A DNA stretch of 64,000 nt, from contig DASWIX010000079.1 in NCBI GenBank assembly GCA_036397455.1, positions 7,572 through 71,571 of the forward strand. Reading direction: 5' to 3'. Source of the DNA: Gemmatimonadales bacterium. Its GTDB lineage: Bacteria > Gemmatimonadota > Gemmatimonadetes > Gemmatimonadales > GWC2-71-9. The notes below the pieces were generated by a model. The model was not told where the DNA came from. It made no database searches and was given only the letters and a program-made list of their open reading frames with translations. The position numbers and the translations under genes are program-made. Shown here piece after piece: positions 1-7,085 of the stretch (position 1 is the first letter of the stretch; each line of letters begins with the position of its first letter).

Positions 1-37
1 CATCGCCGTCGGTGACGTGGTCCGCTGGGTGGAATAA
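1..37 (+). CDS. 3' end of a gene truncated by the window edge (…IAVGDVVRWVE*), possibly a MOSC-domain protein
   Basis: Frame-2 peptide ends in TAA at 35-37; the I-x-V-G-D-x-V ending is typical of MOSC proteins; only 11 residues are visible. Confidence 0.3.
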   Translation, partial: IAVGDVVRWVE

Positions 38-94
38 GCCGATCGAGCGATACCCGTTTGGAAACTGGCGGGCGTTCAACGCCGTAGTGACGGT

Positions 95-469
95 ATGGCA
101 ACGACCAAGCGGACGCGGAACCCACGGTACACCCAGACCATTGGAGCGCCACCGTACGTGGGTCGCCGATTCGTGCTGGGCAACAAAGTGCGGATCGAGT
201 GGCGGGTGGACGGCAAGAAACGCACGCGCACGATCGGGGTGAATTCGCCCGACAGCCGCCGCGAGGCCGATGAGACCCTGCGGCAGATTCTCGATGATCT
301 CCGGCCCGCACCGGATCTGAAGGTCAACTCGTCGAGGCCGGCGGACGATTCGGTTGTGGACGCCGTGCGGGACGTTGGCGGCGCCCTGCTCGACCTGGCC
401 GACCTCGTGGCCGGCCGCATCGAGCGGACGGTGGCGCGCATCCTGGCCGAGGCGCCCGAGGACAACTAG
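95..469 (+). CDS. Hypothetical protein; N-terminal half resembles the arm-type DNA-binding domain of tyrosine integrases
   Basis: 124 aa, ATG start; basic beta-beta-helix pattern VRIEWRVDGKKRTRTIG…SRREADETLRQIL; no catalytic integrase domain. Confidence 0.55.
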   Translation: MATTKRTRNPRYTQTIGAPPYVGRRFVLGNKVRIEWRVDGKKRTRTIGVNSPDSRREADETLRQILDDLRPAPDLKVNSSRPADDSVVDAVRDVGGALLDLADLVAGRIERTVARILAEAPEDN

Positions 470-496
470 CCTCGGACGCTGCCAGCGCCCTGGGCG

Positions 497-766
497 TCAT
501 TTTGGCGTCCGAACGCCCCTGCGGGGTGGGTTCCGCCGCGCGAGGGGCCCACCCCGCGCCGTCCGCACGATCAGGTACCCCGGATCACAGCCAAGCGCTC
601 GTCCCAACCGTTCCAGGTTGGGGAAGCTCACCGACAGCGTATCCCCGCTCTCGAGGCGGGAGATGATCGACTGGTGCACGCCCGAGCGGCGGGCCAGTTC
701 CGACTGCGACCAGCCCCGCACCTCCCGCAACTCCTTGAGCCGCAACACGATGGGCGTCATGGGCAT
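497..766 (-). CDS. XRE-family helix-turn-helix transcriptional regulator
   Basis: RLKELREVRGWSQSELARRSGVHQSIISRLESG…LERLGRALGC, a canonical Cro/CI-type HTH. Confidence 0.92.
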   Translation of the reverse strand: MPMTPIVLRLKELREVRGWSQSELARRSGVHQSIISRLESGDTLSVSFPNLERLGRALGCDPGYLIVRTARGGPLARRNPPRRGVRTPK

Positions 767-767
767 C

Positions 768-843
768 CTATGTAATCTTGCAACGGACGATAGGGGGTCT
801 CATTGTAATTCGATCTTGACAGCTATGCAAGATCACATAGATT
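768..843. promoter_or_regulatory. Overlapping divergent sigma70-type promoters with operator-like inverted repeats
   Basis: Plus strand: TTGACA (816-821)-N16-TAGATT (838-843). Minus strand: TTGCAT (830-825)-N17-TACAAT (807-802). Inverted repeats GATCTTG/CAAGATC (812-818/828-834) and a 15-bp pair (768-782/826-840, 1 mismatch). Confidence 0.75.
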
Positions 844-890
844 GGTGGCCCCTCACCCAAACGACGCGTCATCGACCGCGGAGGTGGTTC

Positions 891-1280
891 ATGGGCTCGC
901 CCGCAGCGTTTGCCGACCTCGTCTATCTGGAACTACGCGACCGGTATGAGCGTCTGTGCCGTCGCTCGGGCGCGGTGGGAACCGAGCCGCCCGACCCCGC
1001 CCTCGCCCGGGCGGTCGCTGATGCAACCGCGCAGGCGACACGCCGGGATACCGTGCGGGAGCGCGTGCATTATGCCGGCGAGACCTATGAGTACCTGCTC
1101 AGACGGTGGCAGGACCCGCGCTGGCGGGCGTTGGTGGCGGTGGCACGGGAGATGGAGGCGCGCGGGGCCACATCGAGCATCGGCGGCCCGCTCGTGGGGG
1201 CCTCGTGGCGACGTCGTTCGGCGGGCAGCTACACGCGGGACGGCGCGCTCGCCGGACTGAGTGATTTCGCGACGTTGTAG
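891..1280 (+). CDS. Hypothetical protein (129 aa), divergent from the XRE gene
   Basis: GGAGGT RBS ahead of ATG 891; lies downstream of the plus-strand promoter; no recognisable motif. Confidence 0.55.
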   Translation: MGSPAAFADLVYLELRDRYERLCRRSGAVGTEPPDPALARAVADATAQATRRDTVRERVHYAGETYEYLLRRWQDPRWRALVAVAREMEARGATSSIGGPLVGASWRRRSAGSYTRDGALAGLSDFATL

Positions 1281-1296
1281 ATCCACGTCTTCGGGA

Positions 1297-1370
1297 CGCC
1301 CCCGCCAGGACTCGAACCTGGGACCTACGGCTTAGAAGGCCGTTGCTCTATCCAGTTGAGCTACAGGGGC
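1297..1370 (-). tRNA. tRNA-Arg(UCU)
   Basis: GCCCCTGTAGCTCAACTGGATAGAGCAACGGCCTTCTAAGCCG…GGTTCGAGTCC…GGGGGCG; anticodon TCT; CCA not encoded. Confidence 0.96.
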
Positions 1371-1475
1371 TCGGCTTCCAAGTTCTTACCGCCTATCCTC
1401 ATACACAAGCGTGTGCGGGACCGGCAGGCCGCGGCGTTGCCGTTGGGCAACGGCGGTTTGCGGGAAATCGGACCG

Positions 1476-2369
1476 CTAGCCTGCGACCACCTCGACGATG
1501 CGATTCTTGCCCTGCCGCTTGGCCGCGGCAAGCGCACCGGCGGCGGCTTCCACAAGCCCCAGCGCAGGCACGTCGGCGGTCGGCACGCGGGAGGAGACAC
1601 CGCAACTGACGGTGAGGCGTCCATCGACCCCGCTGACGCAGACGAGGTTGACGGCGTGCACATCGAGCCGCATCCGCTCGCACACGCGCGCGGCATCGCC
1701 GGCCTCGAGACCACCGGCAAACAGGACACCAAACGTGCCGCCGTCGTACCGCGCAATCAGATCACCCGCGCGGCGGACGTGCGCGCCAAGCAGCCCGGCT
1801 ATCCTCCGGAGGCTTTTGTCACCCTCGAGGTGACCGTGCACGTCGTTGAAGGCGCGCAGCCCGTCGACGTCGATCAGCGCGATTGAGAACGGCAACTTGA
1901 TGCGCGCCGCACGACGCCACTCGTCCTGGAGTCGCTCATCGAACACGCGACGGTTGGGCGCCCCGGTAATCCCGTCCACGCGGTCCTCGCGCAGTTTGCG
2001 TTCGGTGATGTCCCGTGCGACCGCATACAGCAGTCCCGTCTTTTCTTCCGGGAATGAGGCCCAACTGAGGTACTTGTAGGAGCCATCCTTGCAACGAAAC
2101 CGATTCTCGAAGGCCAGAGTAAGCTGACCGCCAGCCAGCTTGCCAACTTCCGCGAGGGTCTGTTCCCGGTCCTCCGGATGGACGAGATCGAGGTACGACG
2201 TCGCGAGCAACTCGTCGGTATCGTAGCCGAGCACACGCTCGAACGACGGGTTCACCTTACGGAAGAACCCCTTCGTGTCGGCGATGCACAGCATGTCGAC
2301 CGCGAAGTTGAAGAACTTCTCGAGATCGTACCCGTCTTGCGCAGCTCCCAAAAGTCTCTCCGTGGACAA
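1476..2369 (-). CDS. PAS + GGDEF-domain protein with a degenerate active site
   Basis: PAS (VHPEDRE…RFRCKDGSY…VARDITERK); DGITGAPNRR, FNDVHGHLEGD; the signature reads RYDGGTF. Confidence 0.88.
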   Translation of the reverse strand: MSTERLLGAAQDGYDLEKFFNFAVDMLCIADTKGFFRKVNPSFERVLGYDTDELLATSYLDLVHPEDREQTLAEVGKLAGGQLTLAFENRFRCKDGSYKYLSWASFPEEKTGLLYAVARDITERKLREDRVDGITGAPNRRVFDERLQDEWRRAARIKLPFSIALIDVDGLRAFNDVHGHLEGDKSLRRIAGLLGAHVRRAGDLIARYDGGTFGVLFAGGLEAGDAARVCERMRLDVHAVNLVCVSGVDGRLTVSCGVSSRVPTADVPALGLVEAAAGALAAAKRQGKNRIVEVVAG

Positions 2370-2385
2370 GGACCCCGTCGGGGAG

Positions 2386-2476
2386 GCAGCCGGATTCGCC
2401 GCCGAAGCCAGCGCGCAGCCGGATTCGCCACCGAACCACCAGCGCGCGGCCGGATTCGACGCCGAAGCGCCAGCGA
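2386..2476. repeat. Three imperfect ~30-bp tandem repeats downstream of tRNA-Pro
   Basis: Units start at 2386, 2415 and 2446: GCRGCCGGATTCG(C/A)CRCCGAA…CCAGCG. Confidence 0.85.
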
Positions 2477-2503
2477 GGCGCCGAGATCCGGGCGACCCGG
2501 CGA

Positions 2504-2524
2504 GCCCTCGCCAACGGCGAGGGC
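2504..2524. terminator. GC-rich hairpin immediately 3' of tRNA-Pro
   Basis: GCCCTCGCC-AAC-GGCGAGGGC, perfect 9-bp stem; no U-tract. Confidence 0.5.
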
Positions 2525-2527
2525 GAG

Positions 2528-2601
2528 TCGGGGCGGCCGGATTCGAACCGGCGACCCCCTGCTCCCAAAGCAGGTGCGCTACCGGACTGCGCTACGCCCC
2601 G
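2528..2601 (-). tRNA. tRNA-Pro(UGG)
   Basis: CGGGGCGTAGCGCAGTCCGGTAGCGCACCTGCTTTGGGAGCAGG…GGTTCGAATCC…CCCCGA; anticodon TGG. Confidence 0.96.
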
Positions 2602-2729
2602 TTTGTCCTCATCCGCCCGGCGCTCTGCGAGGACACGTCGGCGCCTAAATGTAGAGCGTCCGGAAGGCGCCGACCAGCCACCTCGCCAGCTACGAAACCC
2701 CCGTTCCGATTCGCCTGGCGGCGGACCGG

Positions 2730-3356
2730 TCACGGCGCGCGGCTCTGTATCCACTCCACAAGTGCGCGGAACGCCCGTCCGCGGTGGCTCACCGAGTCCT
2801 TCTCCTGCTGCGATGCGTCGCCAAAACTCTTGCCAAGATCGTCGGCGAAGAACAGCGGATCATAGCCAAACCCGCCTGAGCCCATACGTCGATCGAGGAT
2901 GCGTCCGGCGCAAGCTCCTTCGAACACATGCGGGACGCCGTCATGCCGGTCGAGGAACACCACGACGCAGCGGTACCGACCGCGTCGGCGCGCCTCCGGT
3001 GCACCCGCTAACCTCCGCAACAACTCGTTGTTGTTCGCCTCGTCCTGGTCGTTCGGATCGGCGGTCGGCAAGGCAAAGCGCCGCGAGCGCACGCCGGGCT
3101 CACCGCCCAGGGCGAACACCTCGAGGCCTGAGTCTTCCGCGACCGTGGGGAGCCCCGATCGCTTGGCGAAATACTCGGCCTTCCTGCGCGCGTTCCCCTC
3201 AAAGGAGCCGGTATCCTCGAGGGCGTCCTCCGCGACGTCCGGCCATATCCCGTGCTCCTCCGGGAATACGATGTGATGTGGGATGTCCGCGAGCAGCGGT
3301 CTGATCTCTCGTTGCTTCCCCGAGCTCCGTGTCGCCACCAGCAGCTTCGACGTCAT
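2730..3356 (-). CDS. rdgB: RdgB/HAM1 non-canonical purine NTP pyrophosphatase
   Basis: ATRSSGK, AEDSGL, GFGYDPLF and SHRGRA motifs; follows rph. Confidence 0.95.
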   Translation of the reverse strand: MTSKLLVATRSSGKQREIRPLLADIPHHIVFPEEHGIWPDVAEDALEDTGSFEGNARRKAEYFAKRSGLPTVAEDSGLEVFALGGEPGVRSRRFALPTADPNDQDEANNNELLRRLAGAPEARRRGRYRCVVVFLDRHDGVPHVFEGACAGRILDRRMGSGGFGYDPLFFADDLGKSFGDASQQEKDSVSHRGRAFRALVEWIQSRAP

Positions 3357-4060
3357 GCCAGTATCCGTCGCTGGGCGGAGAACAACTCCGCAATCCCCTT
3401 ATCGGCCAACGCCAACATGCGGTCGAGGTCTGTTCTGCTGAACGAACCGCCTTCCCCGGTGCCCTGCACCTCCACATAGCGGTCGGGCTCGAGCACGACG
3501 ACGTTGGCATCGACGTCGGCCCCCCGGTCTTCCTCGTAGCAGAGGTCCAGCAAGGGCGCGCCGTTCACGATCCCCACCGACACCGCCGCCGCCAACCGTC
3601 CAAACGGATTGGCGACACCATGCGTTTCGGTCATCCACGCACATGCATCGGCCAGCGCGACCGCGGCGCCCGAGATGGCGGCGGTGCGGGTTCCACCATC
3701 GGCCTGCAGTACGTCGCAATCGATGTGGATCGTGCGCTCGCCGAACTCGAACGTCGCGAGCGCGCCGCGCAGGCTGCGTCCGATAAGGCGTTGGATTTCC
3801 TGCGTGCGGCCGCCAGGGCCGGTTCGTTCCCGGGCGGTTCGCTCGCTCGTCGCCCGTGGCAGCATCGCGTACTCGGCGGTCAGCCATCCGAGTCCACGTC
3901 CCCTCCGCCATGGCGGCACCGACTCGGTAACGCTGGCCGTACAGTGCACGAGTGTCGCGCCAAACCGCACGAGGCACGAGCCTTCGGCGTAGGGGTTGGC
4001 ACCCCGTTCGAACGCGACTGGTCGCATCGCGTCTGCGGCGCGCCCGTCAGGACGTGTCAT
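3353..4060 (-). CDS. rph: Ribonuclease PH
   Basis: MTRPDGR, GWLTAEYAMLPRAT, RTQEIQRLIGRSLR, DCDVLQADGGTRTAAI. Confidence 0.97.
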   Translation of the reverse strand: MTRPDGRAADAMRPVAFERGANPYAEGSCLVRFGATLVHCTASVTESVPPWRRGRGLGWLTAEYAMLPRATSERTARERTGPGGRTQEIQRLIGRSLRGALATFEFGERTIHIDCDVLQADGGTRTAAISGAAVALADACAWMTETHGVANPFGRLAAAVSVGIVNGAPLLDLCYEEDRGADVDANVVVLEPDRYVEVQGTGEGGSFSRTDLDRMLALADKGIAELFSAQRRILA

Positions 4061-4219
4061 CCGTTCACTCCAGGAGTTTGGACATTGCGATGCCGCTACC
4101 ACGATGACCCGGGAGACGGTTCGATCGCTTCGGTACGCTCCGCAGGTGGGCCTCACCGTACCGCACCAACGGATCGACCCCTGAGCGTGTTACCGTGCCG
4201 GTCACCGTCTTGTCAACGG

Positions 4220-5512
4220 TCACGCATGCGACGTGGGCACGTCGGTCGTCCCCCAGCGATTGAAGCTCCACTTGAGCAACGGCGGCGCCATGAACGTCGA
4301 GCCGATCACCATCAGCAGAATCGCACTGAACAGCTCGGTGGATAAGACGCCGGACGCGAGGCCGAGATTCGCGAAGATCAATCCCACCTCACCGCGCGGG
4401 ACCATGCCGATCCCCACGCCGAGTCGATTGAACCGGCGCCAGGCCACCGCGTACCCGGCAACCACTTTCCCGACGCAGGCGATGGCGAGCAGCACGGCCC
4501 CGAGCAACAGCACCGTGTGATTGGTGGGGTCAAACGGATTGAGCAGCCGGAGATCGAGTTGGGCCCCGATACTGAGGAAGAAGATCGGCGTGAATATATC
4601 CGCCACCGGCTTGATCCGCTCTTCGATCACGTCGAACTGGTTGGTGCCCGACAGGATCAGGCCCGACGCGAACGCGCCGATGATCATGGCGGAACCGGCC
4701 TCATTCGCCAGCCACGCCACCAGCAGCGTGAAGGCGAAGGCCGAGACCAGCAACATCCCCCGGACGCGCATGCGGTCGATCATGCTGAAAATCCGCGGGG
4801 TGACGGCGAGCCCGACGACGAGCGCGGCCGCGAGAAACCCGACCGCGAGCGCAAACGCGCGCCCGACGTCCAGCACACCCACGCTGGTCCCGGCCACGAG
4901 CGCCGCGACGACGCCGAGAATGACGAGCCCCAGCACATCGTCGATCACCGCCGCCCCGATGATCAGTTGGCCTTCCAGCGAGTGCATCGCCTTGAGATCC
5001 GTGAGCACCCGCGCCGTAATCCCGACGGACGTCGCGGTCATGGCCGCCCCGACGTAAATCCCCGTGGTGGACCGTGAGACCAGATCGAATTGCGTGGTTG
5101 CGAAGGGAGACACCCAAAACAGAAATCCCAACGCAAACGGCACGATCACACCGACACTCGCGACCGTGAACGCCGCGCGGCCCACCCGGAACAGTTGCTT
5201 CAGGTCGGTCTCCAGGCCGATCTCGAACAGGAGCACGACCACGCCGATCTCGGCGAAGATCTTGACGATCTCGGTCATGGGGTCGGCGAGATCCGTTGGG
5301 ATGACACCGAGGAGGCTGGGCCCGAGCAACGCGCCCGCGATCAATTCACCGAGGACGGCCGGCTGCCCTATGCGCTCGAACCCCTCGGCGGAAAACTTGC
5401 CGGCCAGGAGCATGACCGGGAGAATCCAGAACAGCGCCGTGAAGCCGTTCTCCCCGGAGGCCGGGGACGAGAGGACTGCAAGTGGCGTCGCCGCGAGGAC
5501 AGACGCAATCAT
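4220..5512 (-). CDS. Cation:proton antiporter (CPA2 / Na+/H+ exchanger family)
   Basis: Many hydrophobic helices; LLFEIGLE, ATSVGIT, AAVIDDVLG, MVPRGEVG. Confidence 0.92.
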   Translation of the reverse strand: MIASVLAATPLAVLSSPASGENGFTALFWILPVMLLAGKFSAEGFERIGQPAVLGELIAGALLGPSLLGVIPTDLADPMTEIVKIFAEIGVVVLLFEIGLETDLKQLFRVGRAAFTVASVGVIVPFALGFLFWVSPFATTQFDLVSRSTTGIYVGAAMTATSVGITARVLTDLKAMHSLEGQLIIGAAVIDDVLGLVILGVVAALVAGTSVGVLDVGRAFALAVGFLAAALVVGLAVTPRIFSMIDRMRVRGMLLVSAFAFTLLVAWLANEAGSAMIIGAFASGLILSGTNQFDVIEERIKPVADIFTPIFFLSIGAQLDLRLLNPFDPTNHTVLLLGAVLLAIACVGKVVAGYAVAWRRFNRLGVGIGMVPRGEVGLIFANLGLASGVLSTELFSAILLMVIGSTFMAPPLLKWSFNRWGTTDVPTSHA

Positions 5513-5516
5513 GGAA

Positions 5517-5891
5517 TTAGAGTCGCTCCCGCACTTCCGGCGAGCGGGGAAGGATGTATTGGTAGAACGGGAGGCTGAGCGTGTCCTGCCACGACGTGGA
5601 GATGACGACTTCGCGCGGCCGCGATCGCCGGCGTATCGTGATCCGCTGTGCCTCCACCGGGAGATTCAGCGATTCCGCCGTGGCCCGGAGGCGTCGGCGA
5701 ATGACGGCATCATCCAGATTCGTGGCGAAGCGCGCCTGTTCCTTCATGGAGTCGCGCATGCGCACATACCGTATTTGTTTGGATCCGATGTCCGCTCCCC
5801 AGTACGCCACCGCCGCGACGACGAGCAAGCCGAACAGGCAACCCGTTCGCAAGCGGCCACGCCGATTGCCTGCACGTCGCAGGCTCACCAT
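5517..5891 (-). CDS. Hypothetical membrane-anchored protein
   Basis: ATG 5891 overlaps the end of the LptE-like gene; basic N-terminus plus one TM segment (GCLFGLLVVAAVAYWG). Confidence 0.65.
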   Translation of the reverse strand: MVSLRRAGNRRGRLRTGCLFGLLVVAAVAYWGADIGSKQIRYVRMRDSMKEQARFATNLDDAVIRRRLRATAESLNLPVEAQRITIRRRSRPREVVISTSWQDTLSLPFYQYILPRSPEVRERL

Positions 5892-6400
5892 TGCGACTGC
5901 GCACCATCGACGATGTCCGTGACCAGCTTGTTGAGCGCCCGCTCGCGACCCTCCCCTTCTCGCGGCGGTTCGTACTCGCCGTCCACCACGAGGCTGCGCC
6001 GCTCCCACAGCGATCGCCCCTCCTGGCGATCGAAGATCTCTACGCTCAAGGTGAGCTGCACGCGGCGCGCCGTCACCTGGACGTCGCCGGACCGACCGGG
6101 CTGAATGGAGAGCGGAATGTCGGGCTCATATCGCAGGATAGCGCCCCGCACCACGGCATCGGCCCGCTCTTCGGAAGCGAGGCGGAGTCCCAATCGGCCC
6201 TCCATCGCGTTGCGAACGGCGTCCGTGACCTCCTGGGTCAACACCGCCTCGGCCGTCTGGTTGTCGAACGGGAGAATCGCGACGGTGCGGATATGTGATG
6301 GGAGACCACCCCCGGCAAACCCGTACAGGCATCCCGTGCTCAGTCCGGCAACCACCATGAAGCCGAACGCGTCAGCTCGCCTTCCAGGTCTCCGCGTCAA
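5885..6400 (-). CDS. LptE-like LPS assembly lipoprotein
   Basis: Lipobox-like LSTGC, then YGFAGGGLPSHIRTVAILPFDNQT…ADAVVRGAI; start approximate (TTG 6400). Confidence 0.75.
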   Translation of the reverse strand: MTRRPGRRADAFGFMVVAGLSTGCLYGFAGGGLPSHIRTVAILPFDNQTAEAVLTQEVTDAVRNAMEGRLGLRLASEERADAVVRGAILRYEPDIPLSIQPGRSGDVQVTARRVQLTLSVEIFDRQEGRSLWERRSLVVDGEYEPPREGEGRERALNKLVTDIVDGAQSQW

Positions 6401-7085
6401 ACACCACAAGAGTATCGATCGCCTCGATCGTGAAAGAAAACCGCGACGCATCTTGCGGAAACGTCATCGTTGCCCGCTGTGGTTGCCGCGCGGTATCGAA
6501 CTGCGTTTCCGTCACACCGACGATGCGGGTCCCAACTCGCATCTCGGCCAGTAGTCGCCCGGCCGGCTCGGGCTCCAGGATGAAGTCGAGCACTTCGTCG
6601 CCCACCGCGTAGCGCCACGCCCTGCGATCGGGCCCATCGCGGCCCGACAGCGCCGCACCGTCCGGCGGTTCGGTGGGCATGCCCAAGGCTGCCCAGAACA
6701 ACGGGGCCACCGGAATCAGGCTCCGGAAGTCTCCCTCTGGTTGCGCCCACAGCTTCCGGCCTTCCACAACCACGGCCGAACCTGATTTGCCGAAGGGCCC
6801 GCGGTAGTCAAACCGCAGTGTGTCCGGTGGTGCAATCCGTACCACGGCGCGCCCACCGGAGGAGCCCTTCTGGTTCTCGAAGCGCCAGCGGAGGTGGACC
6901 TCCATCGCGCGACGAGGCGCCAGTTCGCCGGCCCACCCCGCCACAATGGCGGGTGACATTGGGGTGAGGTCGGCGGGGGCGATGCTGCGCAATCCGGACC
7001 AGCATCCGGCCGGAAGTGCGCTCACGACACCAAGCAGATAATACCGGCGCCACCGAGTGGGGTCAAGCGGAAACGATTGTCCCAT
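6372..7085 (-). CDS. Hypothetical lipoprotein, possibly LolA/LolB-like fold
   Basis: LPAGC lipobox-like; GRAVVRIAPPDTLRFDYRGPFG beta-rich pattern. Confidence 0.6.
   Translation of the reverse strand: MGQSFPLDPTRWRRYYLLGVVSALPAGCWSGLRSIAPADLTPMSPAIVAGWAGELAPRRAMEVHLRWRFENQKGSSGGRAVVRIAPPDTLRFDYRGPFGKSGSAVVVEGRKLWAQPEGDFRSLIPVAPLFWAALGMPTEPPDGAALSGRDGPDRRAWRYAVGDEVLDFILEPEPAGRLLAEMRVGTRIVGVTETQFDTARQPQRATMTFPQDASRFSFTIEAIDTLVVFDAETWKAS

Noticed and set aside
1..1296. Edge of a large prophage integrated at tRNA-Arg
   Set aside because: No integrase catalytic domain or phage structural gene is visible, and the gene ending at 37 looks host-like; sequence left of the window cannot be assessed
2386..2476. 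Possible mini-CRISPR array
   Set aside because: The units abut with no unique spacers, there are no cas genes, and the sequence matches the adjacent tRNA end
4066..4185. ZMP/ZTP (pfl) riboswitch
   Set aside because: A GGUG-CACC hairpin and GGAGCG are superficially similar, but the conserved GACUGGCG segment is missing and rph is not a typical target
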